DNA from: a phage | Reading direction: 5' to 3' (one strand) | Sequence record: PZ386965.1 | DNA: 64,000 bases | Shown here: piece by piece, positions 19,864 through 30,186 of the stretch | Numbering within the stretch: the stretch's first letter is position 1 | Layout: every line of letters starts with the position of its first letter | Made by a program: the position numbers and the translations under genes | Notes under the pieces: generated by a model | Database searches by the model: none | What the model was told of the DNA's origin: nothing | Seen by the model: the letters and a program-made list of their open reading frames with translations, nothing else

Positions 19864-21677
19864 TGGTGTTTAACCCTATGCATGATTTCTTTATTTTTAC
19901 CGAGATTAAATCCGCGTTCGTTCGGATTTCCAAGATAACCGCATGTTCTTCTTATGGTGTTCATCTTTTTAGGATCAGTTTCTCCACAAACTGAACAAAC
20001 AAATCCATTTTCAGTAGGAGTCATTTCATGAGTACTTCCGCATGTAAAACATTTATCCACTGGCATATTAACACCAAAATAATCTAAATGTTGCGCAGCA
20101 TAATCCCAGACAGCCTCAAGTCCCTTTAAATTGTTTTTCATATCTGGAAGTTCAACATAAGAAATGTGACCACCTGTCGCAATGAAATGATACGGCGCTT
20201 CACGAGAAATCTTTTCAAACGGAGTAATATTTTCTTCTACTGAAACATGGAAACTATTAGTGTACCAGCCTTTATCGGTAACATCTTTTACGCTTCCATA
20301 TTTTTCAGTATCAAGTTTACAGAAGCGATAACAAAGGTTTTCAGCAGGAGTAGAATATAAACTAAAAGCAAATCCAGTTCTTTCGGTCCACTGTTTAAGA
20401 TGAGCATTCATTTTAGTTAAAATTTCTTGTCCAATATCACGACCAACAAGAATATTCAATTCATGAATACCAATGTATCCTAAAGACACTGAACTTCTGC
20501 CGTTTTTAAATAACTCAATTATATCGTCATCAGGTTTAAGACGAACCCCGAATGCACCTTCTTGGTAAAGAATAGGAGCAACAGTCGCTTTAACTCCTTT
20601 TAAAGAACTAATTCTACACATCAAGGCTTCAAAACACAGATCCATTCGTTCATTAAATAGCTCAACAAATTTCTGTTCATTGAACTGTGTTCCAATATAA
20701 GAATCTAACGCGATACGAGGAAGATTCAGTGTTACAACACCAAGATTATTACGTCCATCAAGAATTTCATTACCAGTCGAATCTTTCCATACGCTCAAGA
20801 AACTACGGCAACCCATTGGAGAAACAGGAACTGAAGAACCGGTAATAGCTTTATTATTCTTAACAGAAATAATGTCAGGATACATTCTTTTGCTTGCACA
20901 TTCTAACGCAAGTTGTTTAATATCATAGTTTGGATCATCTTTATAAAGATTAACACCTTCTTCAACAAACATAACAAGTTTAGGAAAAATAGGAGTTATT
21001 CCATCACGACCAAGACCTTTAATGCGGTTTTTAAGAATTGCCTTCTGAATCATTCGTTCAGTCCAGTCGGTTCCTGTTCCAAATGTTATAGTAACAAAAG
21101 GAGTTTGCCCGTTTGAACTAAAAAGAGTATTTACTTCATATTCATAAGCTTGGAATGCATCGTATACGTCTTTTTCCGTTTTAGATTGAGCATAATTCAA
21201 CGCATCAGCGATTTGCCATTTTTCTGCATCCTCAATATGTTTTGCATAGGTGCGTTTAACATAGGGAGAAAGTACTTTATCTACATTAGCAAAAGTCGTT
21301 CCGCCGTATTGATGGGAAGCAACTTGTGCAGTAATTTGTGCCATAATTGCAGTAGCAACACCAATCGATTTAGGCGTTTCGATTTGAGCATTGCCTAATT
21401 TAAAACCATTCTCAAGCATCCCCTTTAAATCGACTAAACAGCAATTAGTAAACGGAAGAGCAGGAGAATAATCAATATCATGCATGTGGATAATTCCACT
21501 TTCATGCGCATTCATAATAAAAGACGGGACCGTATTTTTGGCAATGTGCTTAGACACAATACCAGCCATAAGGTCCCGTTGAGTTGGAAAAACACGAGAA
21601 TCTTTATTAGCATTCTCGTTCAAAAGATCTTTATTAGTTTTACGAATTAATCCTTCAATTTCTTTTTCAATTTTCAT
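19860..21677 (-). CDS. nrdD: anaerobic ribonucleoside-triphosphate reductase NrdD
   Basis: 605 aa continuous; C-terminal glycyl radical motif RRTCGYLG and Zn-ribbon cysteines. Confidence 0.95.
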   Translation of the reverse strand: MKIEKEIEGLIRKTNKDLLNENANKDSRVFPTQRDLMAGIVSKHIAKNTVPSFIMNAHESGIIHMHDIDYSPALPFTNCCLVDLKGMLENGFKLGNAQIETPKSIGVATAIMAQITAQVASHQYGGTTFANVDKVLSPYVKRTYAKHIEDAEKWQIADALNYAQSKTEKDVYDAFQAYEYEVNTLFSSNGQTPFVTITFGTGTDWTERMIQKAILKNRIKGLGRDGITPIFPKLVMFVEEGVNLYKDDPNYDIKQLALECASKRMYPDIISVKNNKAITGSSVPVSPMGCRSFLSVWKDSTGNEILDGRNNLGVVTLNLPRIALDSYIGTQFNEQKFVELFNERMDLCFEALMCRISSLKGVKATVAPILYQEGAFGVRLKPDDDIIELFKNGRSSVSLGYIGIHELNILVGRDIGQEILTKMNAHLKQWTERTGFAFSLYSTPAENLCYRFCKLDTEKYGSVKDVTDKGWYTNSFHVSVEENITPFEKISREAPYHFIATGGHISYVELPDMKNNLKGLEAVWDYAAQHLDYFGVNMPVDKCFTCGSTHEMTPTENGFVCSVCGETDPKKMNTIRRTCGYLGNPNERGFNLGKNKEIMHRVKHQ

Positions 21678-22147
21678 TTTAAACTCTTTCTAAGCTGCTT
21701 TTTGAATGAAGCTATTAATTGTGTTTTAGTATCAGATTCATTATATTCAAATCCTCTTTGAAGCATCTCGGCCATCATTTCCTCTTTACCTAGTCTTGAG
21801 AACTCTTTAGTTTTGTCTGGAACAAAATTAGGATGGATATTATTATCAGAATAATCTTGTTTCAAATAAGCAAGAAGAGCTTCAAGCCATTCTAAGTAGT
21901 CAACGTTTTGACCTTTCAAACCGGAACGGTTGAACTTATGCTTCATTTGACCTTCTGCTGCGTTGCACAGATTACAGAGTAATCCACGAACTCTACCGGC
22001 TTTTGGCCCATTTAATTCGTGGTCATGGTCAAGATGGTTACCTTGAACATCAGGGTCTAATTCACGGTGGCAAATAGGACACTTACCGTTCTGTGCATCA
22101 TAAAATTTTTGTTTTTCTTCTTTATATTTTGCGCCTGATAATAACAT
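21674..22147 (-). CDS. 49: endonuclease VII (Holliday junction resolvase) gp49
   Basis: 157 aa; CPICHRELD and HLDHDHELNG motifs as in T4 EndoVII. Confidence 0.93.
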   Translation of the reverse strand: MLLSGAKYKEEKQKFYDAQNGKCPICHRELDPDVQGNHLDHDHELNGPKAGRVRGLLCNLCNAAEGQMKHKFNRSGLKGQNVDYLEWLEALLAYLKQDYSDNNIHPNFVPDKTKEFSRLGKEEMMAEMLQRGFEYNESDTKTQLIASFKKQLRKSLK

Positions 22148-22166
22148 GATAAACCCTTACCTTAAA

Positions 22167-22175
22167 TAGATAAGG
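22167..22175 (-). promoter_or_regulatory. late promoter TATAAATA upstream of gene 49
   Basis: Plus-strand tatttata at 22168 = TATAAATA on minus. Confidence 0.5.
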
Positions 22176-22185
22176 GTATTTATAA

Positions 22186-22365
22186 TTTAGTAAACGTTAT
22201 AAAAGTCTCGATGGAAACGCTTATACTGACGAATCATTCTTTTAGTAGGACGAGTTTCTGAAATAATTGAAGTCCTCATATTTGGATTGTTTGGGGCCCC
22301 AATCATAATAAATTTCCAAGATTTTTGACCGTTTGTTCTTTCGCCAAAAAATAACGCAGTTTTCA
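22186..22365 (-). CDS. small hypothetical protein (59 aa)
   Basis: ORF MKTALFFGERTNGQKSWKFIMIGAPNNPNM... below track cutoff. Confidence 0.35.
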
Positions 22366-22375
22366 TAATAAGCCC

Positions 22376-22789
22376 TTAACTTAAACGTCTTTCTAAATAT
22401 TCAATGTATTCCGCTGCGGCTTGCATCAGATTGCCTTCATAACCGTCATTATTTTCTTGACCAGCTAATTTAGCTAAAGCATAAGAAATACGTTCACCTT
22501 CGAATTCGCCAAGTCCACCATCACAAACTACTTGGTCAATTTCTTCGAGTTCGTCTATTGAATGGGATTCCCAGAAGCACCAAAGAGAAGTATCACGGTC
22601 ATAGATGCAAAGTTTCTCACCTGTGTTCAACATCACTTCGATAATGCCATGGTCGCCATAACCATCTTCGGTAGTAGTACCAATTACCTTGATGATTGTT
22701 CCTTTCTTTAATTCAGGAAACTTGTCTTGTAGTTCTTCGTCTTCTTTAACAATCTTGAACCATTTACCGCGAGTTTCAGAAATATTCAT
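22376..22789 (-). CDS. hypothetical acidic protein
   Basis: Track ORF trimmed to internal ATG. Confidence 0.5.
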   Translation of the reverse strand: MNISETRGKWFKIVKEDEELQDKFPELKKGTIIKVIGTTTEDGYGDHGIIEVMLNTGEKLCIYDRDTSLWCFWESHSIDELEEIDQVVCDGGLGEFEGERISYALAKLAGQENNDGYEGNLMQAAAEYIEYLERRLS

Positions 22790-22790
22790 A

Positions 22791-22988
22791 TCAATATTCT
22801 CTATAAAAGTTACGATGAGAACGTTTAGCTTTGCGAAGCTGACGTTTAGTAGGACGAACTGTAAATGGTTGTCCAGAGAAAAAATTCGGATCGGTTTTAA
22901 TAAGCAAACACCAATCATGCTTGCCATTTTTTAATAAACGGTACAATAATTTAACTTGCATAATAATCTCTTCCCATTTCCATATCAA
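22791..22988 (-). CDS. hypothetical basic protein
   Basis: Track ORF. Confidence 0.4.
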   Translation of the reverse strand: MIWKWEEIIMQVKLLYRLLKNGKHDWCLLIKTDPNFFSGQPFTVRPTKRQLRKAKRSHRNFYREY

Positions 22989-23089
22989 TTAATTCATTTA
23001 TTGAAGGTTCATCATAACATGGTTCTTCGTCGTTGTAAACCGTTTCGACGTCTGGCTCGACAGTCTCCCATCGAGCCGAATACCACGGT

Positions 23090-23446
23090 TTAACCCCGGA
23101 GTTTATTGAGCTCTTCATAATCAATCCAGGATTCTAGCCCTGATGGCAGGTCACATTCAATGTTCCACAGAAGCTCTTCAATGGCTTGCAGGCGATTATA
23201 TTCTTCAACGGTAATGGTAACCATTGGTGCAACCGGTTCTGCCTTTTTAACCATCATATCGTTCATCAGGACGTAAAGGTCATCACGAACGACAGTGTCG
23301 TTCCAACCCCATGATTTGGCTTCGTAAGCTAATGACGAAGGGAGCACATTTAAAACTTCAATAATAGATGGAGATTCAGGACCAAGCTCTGATACACAAA
23401 CTTCGTATGCATCTTGGAAATCTTTAAGATTTAATGAATATGTCAT
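23090..23446 (-). CDS. hypothetical protein
   Basis: Track ORF. Confidence 0.5.
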   Translation of the reverse strand: MTYSLNLKDFQDAYEVCVSELGPESPSIIEVLNVLPSSLAYEAKSWGWNDTVVRDDLYVLMNDMMVKKAEPVAPMVTITVEEYNRLQAIEELLWNIECDLPSGLESWIDYEELNKLRG

Positions 23447-23464
23447 TTAAAATATTCTCGCAGT

Positions 23465-23761
23465 TTATTGTTCTACCCAGGCACAGGAAACTTCGAAATC
23501 AGGACCACCGTATTCCCAGTGATATTCACCAACAGGAATCCAGTCACCGTGCTCGTTTTCTTCGTAGTCTTCAGGTTCAAGACCAACGAATCGCCATTGA
23601 ACACCTATGATTCGATTACCCATTAATATACGAAATTCACCCCATGGATTATCGATAGCATATTGGATATCGTTCTTAGCACGAGAACACATTTCTTGAT
23701 ATAACAAAGCTTCTAATTCGCCCTGATCATAAGGGCCCGGGAAAGTTAAATCAATACTCAT
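23465..23761 (-). CDS. hypothetical protein
   Basis: Track ORF. Confidence 0.5.
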   Translation of the reverse strand: MSIDLTFPGPYDQGELEALLYQEMCSRAKNDIQYAIDNPWGEFRILMGNRIIGVQWRFVGLEPEDYEENEHGDWIPVGEYHWEYGGPDFEVSCAWVEQ

Positions 23762-24021
23762 TTAAAATATTCTCGCAGTTGGTCAAATCCACCAATATGA
23801 CTTCCGTCAGGAGCAAATACTTGAGGCATAGTCAATCCAACTTGTGATTCACGTCCAAGCTTAACCAGAAGCTCAGCAATTTTTTCTTCATCGAATACAC
23901 CTTTTTCTGGCATAATGTTGATAAATTCAAACGGCTGTTTCTTAACAGTCAGCAATCGTTTCGCATTATCGCAATAAATGCATTTATGAATAGTAGAGTC
24001 ATACCCGTACACTTTAAACAT
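23758..24021 (-). CDS. nrdC: thioredoxin/glutaredoxin NrdC
   Basis: MFKVYGYDSTIHKCIYCDNAKRLL... collinear with T4 NrdC (87 aa), CIYC redox site. Confidence 0.93.
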   Translation of the reverse strand: MFKVYGYDSTIHKCIYCDNAKRLLTVKKQPFEFINIMPEKGVFDEEKIAELLVKLGRESQVGLTMPQVFAPDGSHIGGFDQLREYFK

Positions 24022-24427
24022 TATTTTTCCTTTCATCGATTAAATATGCAACGCCAAATACAATACATGTAATAAAACCTGTGATACAGATAGAAACCAA
24101 CAACACTGTACCAAAGAACCAAATCAAGTTATCTTTAGTAGTTTGTTTGATATCCATCTCACGAATTTCTATAGCTATCGTATCACCTTTATTCAGAAGC
24201 GTATAAAATGACGGTGATACACGCCTGTCAAAAACTCGTCCTTGCTCATCTTTATAGACTGCAATAAATTCTAATTTAGAATATTTTCCTGTAGATTGGC
24301 CTGAGATTAATTCCACTACCTCCACAGGAATTACTTTAGTTTCCATGTAAGTATTCTGGCTGTTCCAAATGAATGGAATAATAGCAAAAACTAAAGCTGC
24401 GATAAAACAACGAAGGCTATATCTCAT
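24014..24427 (-). CDS. membrane protein (nrdC.1-like position)
   Basis: N- and C-terminal hydrophobic segments. Confidence 0.55.
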   Translation of the reverse strand: MRYSLRCFIAALVFAIIPFIWNSQNTYMETKVIPVEVVELISGQSTGKYSKLEFIAVYKDEQGRVFDRRVSPSFYTLLNKGDTIAIEIREMDIKQTTKDNLIWFFGTVLLVSICITGFITCIVFGVAYLIDERKNNV

Positions 24428-24732
24428 TATAATGTTCTCTCAAATTTGTGGAAGCATTTACGGCATTTCAATTTCAAGTTATCAGTGGTCCAGTTAACCA
24501 GTTGGACTTGGATAGTTCCACATTCCGGGCATGGATGTTTTGCTGCCGATTTGGCAGCATTTTCACGTCGTTCAACCATTTTCATTATTTCGTTCCATGC
24601 TGGAGGAACGAACTCTTCTTCACCGTGGATTTTATCTCGCTGAACAAATTCAATCTTTGAACTATCGTCAATAAACTTAACCAAGCCATGATTAGTGCTC
24701 ATATCAATATCCTCTAAAAGACGTAGGTTCAT
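24427..24732 (-). CDS. zinc-ribbon protein
   Basis: CPECG ... CRKC cysteine pairs at C-terminus. Confidence 0.55.
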   Translation of the reverse strand: MNLRLLEDIDMSTNHGLVKFIDDSSKIEFVQRDKIHGEEEFVPPAWNEIMKMVERRENAAKSAAKHPCPECGTIQVQLVNWTTDNLKLKCRKCFHKFERTL

Positions 24733-25673
24733 TATAACACCTCAATGGCATTTCGTAAACCGTCCGCTTTCGCATTCAGAGCTTTTAACGATTTAGTCTG
24801 TTCTTTAATCTGAGCTTCGACTTCTTTCAGACGAGATTTGAGATATTCACGTTCTTCGCTCAGGTTATCAACCTTTTCAACTTTAGGTTCTTTAGGCTTA
24901 TACTCGTTAGGATTCTTCAGTTTAATTCGAATTCGAGAACTGAATAACATTGAACCGTTATCTTCGGTTTCGTCGAACATTTCAACAACATCCATAGTCT
25001 GTAACATCACGCAGAGTTTATAAGACAACGAACGAATAGTTTTGTTGTGCTTATTAATTTCTTCGGCTTTCATGGCACCGAGATTACGTGAGTAGTAATA
25101 AGGAACCTGGATATCAATTGATAATGATGCGTTACCATTACCTGTTGGTTTGAATACTGCAGTAACCCAATCTTTAACATGAACTTTATTTGTACGATCA
25201 TCGCCGCCTGTGAATAATTTACGAGAATGTTTAAAAAGCATATTCACTTGGTTATTGAATTCACAAGCAAATTTATCAGCAAATTTAGTTTCAGGAATGG
25301 TAGATAACCAATCAGCCAAATGAGTCTTTTTAACATCATTAACAATAGTGAATTCAACCAAATCGGTTTTAGATGTCACAGATTTAATAAAGCTCGGTTT
25401 CATAAAGTTTTTAATGTTATCGCGAGCTACAGTAGAAGATAATAAACGAGAACGTTTGAACCATTGAAGCAGCGTCCCTAATGAATGAGAATATGCATTT
25501 TGAGTATCTTTACAGATATGATTTTCTTGGTCCGTGTATGTACCAAAATCTCGAAGAATACCACTTACTACATCTCGGTGTGGAATATCAAATCCTAGTG
25601 CACCAGAAGCGCGCTGAGCATGAACGTTAGCGATAAGACCGGCAAAGTATTCAATGTAATGTGAACGTGTCAT
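24732..25673 (-). CDS. hypothetical 313-aa protein with C-terminal coiled coil
   Basis: Long ORF; heptad-like tail; own upstream promoter cassette. Confidence 0.65.
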   Translation of the reverse strand: MTRSHYIEYFAGLIANVHAQRASGALGFDIPHRDVVSGILRDFGTYTDQENHICKDTQNAYSHSLGTLLQWFKRSRLLSSTVARDNIKNFMKPSFIKSVTSKTDLVEFTIVNDVKKTHLADWLSTIPETKFADKFACEFNNQVNMLFKHSRKLFTGGDDRTNKVHVKDWVTAVFKPTGNGNASLSIDIQVPYYYSRNLGAMKAEEINKHNKTIRSLSYKLCVMLQTMDVVEMFDETEDNGSMLFSSRIRIKLKNPNEYKPKEPKVEKVDNLSEEREYLKSRLKEVEAQIKEQTKSLKALNAKADGLRNAIEVL

Positions 25674-25698
25674 AATATTTTCCTCTCGTTAAGATAGA

Positions 25699-25738
25699 AA
25701 GATTATACTCTAACCATCCTTGGTTGTAAACTGATTTA
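25699..25738 (-). promoter_or_regulatory. early promoter / stem-loop cassette
   Basis: Minus strand GTTTACA-N17-TATAAT with AACCA..TGGTT hairpin in spacer. Confidence 0.55.
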
Positions 25739-26695
25739 TGATTTTAATGCATTCATTGCGTTAAAAAGTTTAGAGTATTGCAACTGGAGATTGGTCACCA
25801 CCTGTTGAGCATCACGAAGCTTAGCTTGTGCCTTATCAAGTTCAGCAGACAGTTGGTCTACAGTAGCCTTGATTTGATTGTAATAATAATCTTCAGCCGG
25901 AAGAAGGTCATTAGAAACATTTAGTTTTACTGCCGACAGTTTGCACACATTTGGCAAACCTTTAAACATACCAGATTGTGCTGGAGAATATGCACCTAGA
26001 ACCTCTGCATTACCGACTGGTGTTGCTGTAATATTGCCTTCAAACAATGCATTTTCCTTTTTAAGATTTTGATAGTATTCAGAGTCTTTGTGCCACCATG
26101 GTGCAGGAACCTTTTTACCAATAGATACACGAGCTTGGATAGCGATATGGCCCTTATTCTTGATAAGGTCGACAATATTAAGCTCACGAGAATAAATTGC
26201 TTTAATCTGGTGGATATTATCACCTAAAACTTCCAACGCTTGGTGGAATACACGAGCAACGTTATCATTCTTAGGTTTATACGTAAGAGTGAACTCATTC
26301 TCACTGATAACCATGATTTCCAACTTATCGTAAGTATATTTCAAATGTTTCATGTTAATTGCTTGAGGACGAATACGAGAAGCAATGGCCATCAGATTGT
26401 TAAGGTTATTCCGGAACTGCTTAGCGAAATATTGTCCTTCACCGCCAATACAAAAATTACGAAGTTTCTGTTTGGCCAGTAAACGACTGAACTCGCCATT
26501 TTTAATGAACTCTTTAACGGGTGTGTTAGTAACGCATTCAAATTGAGTAAACTTACGAGAATTAATCCCATAATACGAACAGATTTCTTCAATCTCTTCA
26601 GGAGTCTTTACAGGCATACGGATAGGATTAGGTCCTGGGGTATATGCGTTCGAGGTAAATTCTTTGATAAGTTCTCTACGTGTAATAAAAGCCAT
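25736..26695 (-). CDS. hypothetical 319-aa protein with C-terminal coiled coil
   Basis: Long ORF; same architecture as neighbours. Confidence 0.65.
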   Translation of the reverse strand: MAFITRRELIKEFTSNAYTPGPNPIRMPVKTPEEIEEICSYYGINSRKFTQFECVTNTPVKEFIKNGEFSRLLAKQKLRNFCIGGEGQYFAKQFRNNLNNLMAIASRIRPQAINMKHLKYTYDKLEIMVISENEFTLTYKPKNDNVARVFHQALEVLGDNIHQIKAIYSRELNIVDLIKNKGHIAIQARVSIGKKVPAPWWHKDSEYYQNLKKENALFEGNITATPVGNAEVLGAYSPAQSGMFKGLPNVCKLSAVKLNVSNDLLPAEDYYYNQIKATVDQLSAELDKAQAKLRDAQQVVTNLQLQYSKLFNAMNALKS

Positions 26696-26718
26696 TTTAT
26701 ATTCCTCATGTTGAAAAA

Positions 26719-26758
26719 TTTATTATACTCCAACCATCCTTGGTTGTACATCATTCCT
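26719..26758 (-). promoter_or_regulatory. early promoter / stem-loop cassette
   Basis: Near-identical to cassette at 25699. Confidence 0.55.
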
Positions 26759-27746
26759 TAAGAAGTTTTACTACTTGAATAAGATTAGCTCGTTCTGTTT
26801 TATTTTTACCATTTAAGCCTGCTAATCGTGAGATTTCATCGTCAGTCTGTTGAATAGTTACATTAAGTTCGTTAATCAAAGCTTCAAAGTATTTGATTTG
26901 CTCAGCATGTTTTGATTCAAATTTCTGAACCGGAATAACGTCTTGGTTTAGTTCGTCAATAAGGTCTTTAAGAGCATCTTCTTGGTTGATATCGTATTCA
27001 ACTTCTTTTATTTCTTCAACTAGCTCGTCTTTATATCTAACGTCTTTTAGTCCTGGTGCTGGTCCTGAAATCTCTTCTTTAAGAGTACAAACATACCCAA
27101 TACGGTATCCAGTGCCGTCTCGCTTGATATCAACTTCGTCGATAAATCCACAATGTTTGAGACCAGAGCCGATTAGGTCAAAATATCCTTGACGACGTCC
27201 TTCAAACGTTACACGAACTACTAAGACAGTTTTGCCTGCAATCTTTTGAAGCTCACATTTATAAAAGTCAGTTGAACCTGAATAACGTGGATGAGTTTTA
27301 AAGTTCATCTGACGATCTAGGCCCATTTGTAAACGTGCTGTTACGGCCATAAAACGTGTTTGGTTCTCGTTAAGATGAGCAACAATCCATTTCAAAGGCA
27401 TTTTACACTGTTCACGACCGAACAAATCAGTACGTCCTAGATTACGCAGGATGTTGTTAGAGTTAATCATCGACAGAACGTTAAGTTTATTCAGCGCGCT
27501 GAAGATTCCATCAGCCATTGATTTTCCGTAGCCTTTACACGCTTTAATAAGCGCTCGCGGTAGATTAGTATAGATTTCAGACGGCATATGAAAATCAAAT
27601 TTACTAACCAGTAATTGATGAACTTGGATAGCAATTCGTTCATAATTAAGCGCTCTGCGATCATTATGGTCTTTAAACCACACTTTAATCTGTGAAGCAC
27701 ATAAACCGTTAATTTCATGTTTTATCGCATCAGATGTAATGCTCAT
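26751..27746 (-). CDS. hypothetical 331-aa protein with C-terminal coiled coil
   Basis: Long ORF; acidic then coiled-coil tail. Confidence 0.65.
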   Translation of the reverse strand: MSITSDAIKHEINGLCASQIKVWFKDHNDRRALNYERIAIQVHQLLVSKFDFHMPSEIYTNLPRALIKACKGYGKSMADGIFSALNKLNVLSMINSNNILRNLGRTDLFGREQCKMPLKWIVAHLNENQTRFMAVTARLQMGLDRQMNFKTHPRYSGSTDFYKCELQKIAGKTVLVVRVTFEGRRQGYFDLIGSGLKHCGFIDEVDIKRDGTGYRIGYVCTLKEEISGPAPGLKDVRYKDELVEEIKEVEYDINQEDALKDLIDELNQDVIPVQKFESKHAEQIKYFEALINELNVTIQQTDDEISRLAGLNGKNKTERANLIQVVKLLKE

Positions 27747-27808
27747 AACTATTTCCTCAGATTGAATTGGAACTCAAAACCATTATAACCCGTCCTTGGG
27801 TAAAGCGT

Positions 27809-28336
27809 TTATGCGTGAACCGTCTTTAAACGTTCTTCAAATTTCCGAAGAGTACTAATACGTTCTGCTTTCTGTTTTGTATAGTTTGCAATACGTTCTG
27901 AAGTGAGAGCGTATCGTTCGTTTACTGTTTCTTTCATGAAGTCAGGGATTTCACGAGAAGCTTTAATTTCATCAAACTTGTCGAGTACTGCCTGGTCTTC
28001 AGCGATTAAATTTTCATACATCTCGATATCTTTCTTGATAAACTCGATATCTTCCTGAGTTACTTTGGATAAACGAGATGCTTTATCCTTTTTGTACTGC
28101 TCGTTAGTTTCACGAGACCAGAATAATGTACGTTTTTTGTTAGTGTTTTTGTAGACTTCCACAATTCCAACTGAATCGATGATAACAATCCAATTCCAGC
28201 GAGATTTGAAAATCTGACCTCCATCCACAGTAATCTCGTTACCATAAGCAACGTCATTAAAGAACTTGCTCTGTGCTTCAGATTTAAATTTACCGTCGTT
28301 ATAATTTACCAGGTTGAAAATATCTTTAGCGTTCAT
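27809..28336 (-). CDS. hypothetical protein
   Basis: 175-aa ORF. Confidence 0.55.
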   Translation of the reverse strand: MNAKDIFNLVNYNDGKFKSEAQSKFFNDVAYGNEITVDGGQIFKSRWNWIVIIDSVGIVEVYKNTNKKRTLFWSRETNEQYKKDKASRLSKVTQEDIEFIKKDIEMYENLIAEDQAVLDKFDEIKASREIPDFMKETVNERYALTSERIANYTKQKAERISTLRKFEERLKTVHA

Positions 28337-28350
28337 GTTTTACCTCCAGT

Positions 28351-28398
28351 AGTTGATAGGTCTATAATAACATAACCATAGACCTTGTAAACAACTAA
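28351..28398 (-). promoter_or_regulatory. early promoter / stem-loop cassette
   Basis: GTTTACA -35 and TAGGTCTAT/ATAGACCT palindrome. Confidence 0.5.
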
Positions 28399-28682
28399 AA
28401 GAAACTTTTTTCGGTATTTTTTCCACTGAACCAAACAGACTTCGGGATTTTTTGTAATTTTTCAGATTTAAGTTTCTCTTCCTGTTCTTTCTTATATACA
28501 CTCTTGTCGTACTGGAGCATCTCTATGGCATTCTTTTGCAAATGATCTAAGGTAATTAAGGCTTTAGTTTTTCCTTTCAAGGAAGAGTCCTGGCGAACCT
28601 CCTCGCTATATTGCATTGTAGAACTAACCATACGATGTGCATAGAGTTCGACTGCGGCTTTAATTTTTTGCATAAAATCCAT
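28395..28682 (-). CDS. hypothetical protein
   Basis: 95-aa ORF. Confidence 0.45.
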   Translation of the reverse strand: MDFMQKIKAAVELYAHRMVSSTMQYSEEVRQDSSLKGKTKALITLDHLQKNAIEMLQYDKSVYKKEQEEKLKSEKLQKIPKSVWFSGKNTEKSFF

Positions 28683-28820
28683 AACATATCCTCTTTGATT
28701 TGTACATCATTATTTTTAAATATTTCTATGCCCTCAGTAGGTTCCTGGTGTCCTTCTTTGAGGTAAGCCATATGATTATTCATCTTTATGGCTTTTGTTA
28801 CCTCAGAACTTCCTATAAGC

Positions 28821-29822
28821 TTATTTCAGTAAAGTAACTTCCGAGATTTCTTCCCAACCATCTTTATCAGTTGAAATAAAATCTGCTACATAAAGAGCCG
28901 TACGTAATGATACATTGCGAAGACGAGATACGTTAGCCTTCATCCAGGACAATGCTTTATACGTTTCTGCATCCGTCAGACCACGTTTCTGCATCATGTC
29001 AGTAGATAATATTACATCTTCAACTCGAACCATAATCTCTTCATTAGAGTGTACTCCAAGGTCGAGATACACTGAACGAGATACTAAAGCTTGAAGGTGT
29101 GGAGCAAGTTTCGAACCCCGTTCTAACTCTTTATCGATATCAACGTTTGTAATGAAAACGATAGTACCTTCAAACTCAAATTCTTTATCAATACCCTTAT
29201 CCTCGAGATAAGATGACGCAGTGCTCCAACAAACTTTGCGTTTATCTCCGGTATCTAATGCGGCTTTAAGAAGGTTCAGGATGTCCATATCTGAGAATAC
29301 GTCAACGTCATCGATTAAGAGAACGCTGTCTGCATCACGGTTGAGCCAAAGTTGTTCGTAAAGGCCAATACCAGAGATTTTACCATTAATGCTTTTGTAT
29401 TTGATGAAACCATTATCATTAGCATTACTAAGTGCTTTATCCAGAGAATACGTCTTACCAATACCAGCTGCACCTGAAATAATGAGTGAACGAATTTTGC
29501 CATCGATAATGCCATTCGTCATCATGTTCATTACTTTAAAGCGTTTGTTGATACGAGTTTTCATATCTTCAGTGCTTTCAACAACTGCAACTGGTGATGT
29601 CTCAACTCCTTCCATTACGATGTCTGATTTGAAGACCCATACTCCACGTTCAGAACCATCAATCATAACGAAAATTTTACCGTCACCTAAGTGAGAACAT
29701 TCAGGATTAAGCTTTGCCGGGAACCAGGTCTTTGTGGCAACATAAGAACCAGAGATTTCGTTATTACGATAGATACCTTTTTTGATTTGAACGTTGAACA
29801 TTTTATTCTCCAATTTACTCAT
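28821..29822 (-). CDS. P-loop NTPase (Walker A/B ATPase)
   Basis: Walker A SGAAGIGKT, Walker B VLLIDDVD; 333 aa. Confidence 0.7.
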   Translation of the reverse strand: MSKLENKMFNVQIKKGIYRNNEISGSYVATKTWFPAKLNPECSHLGDGKIFVMIDGSERGVWVFKSDIVMEGVETSPVAVVESTEDMKTRINKRFKVMNMMTNGIIDGKIRSLIISGAAGIGKTYSLDKALSNANDNGFIKYKSINGKISGIGLYEQLWLNRDADSVLLIDDVDVFSDMDILNLLKAALDTGDKRKVCWSTASSYLEDKGIDKEFEFEGTIVFITNVDIDKELERGSKLAPHLQALVSRSVYLDLGVHSNEEIMVRVEDVILSTDMMQKRGLTDAETYKALSWMKANVSRLRNVSLRTALYVADFISTDKDGWEEISEVTLLK

Positions 29823-29889
29823 TTCGTTTCGATAGGTCTATAGTATCATATCCTAAAAGCATGTACACTACTTTTTAAAAATATTTTAA

Positions 29890-29918
29890 CCCCCTAAAGG
29901 GACCCGAAGGTCCCCACA
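29890..29918 (-). terminator. stem-loop with UUCG tetraloop after secreted-protein gene
   Basis: GGGACC-TTCG-GGTCCC hairpin right after stop. Confidence 0.45.
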
Positions 29919-29919
29919 T

Positions 29920-30186
29920 TTACTTATCACACTTAGCAACATAATTAGGCATATCACAGAATACGGAGCGTGTAACTACTCGACCCTTTGACCATGCTTC
30001 AGTTGCTTGTCCGGCCGTGCTATTAATATAGCTTGATTTGATATTCTCAATACCCTGAGAATGTGATGCATTTACCGAACCGTTAGAAGGCGCAGAAGAC
30101 TGGTTACCACCAGCTCCTGTACCTGTGGTAGCACCAACAGAGAATGCCATCATTACTGCGAATAAACCAATTACTAATTTTTTCAT
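29920..30186 (-). CDS. small secreted protein (signal peptide)
   Basis: N-terminal MKKLVIGLFAVMMAFSVGA signal-like segment, Gly/Ser-rich mature part. Confidence 0.6.
   Translation of the reverse strand: MKKLVIGLFAVMMAFSVGATTGTGAGGNQSSAPSNGSVNASHSQGIENIKSSYINSTAGQATEAWSKGRVVTRSVFCDMPNYVAKCDK

Noticed and set aside
19860-21677. Group I intron or mobD-type insertion in nrdD, as in T4
   Set aside because: The nrdD reading frame is continuous for 605 codons with no internal stop or GC-rich structured insert.
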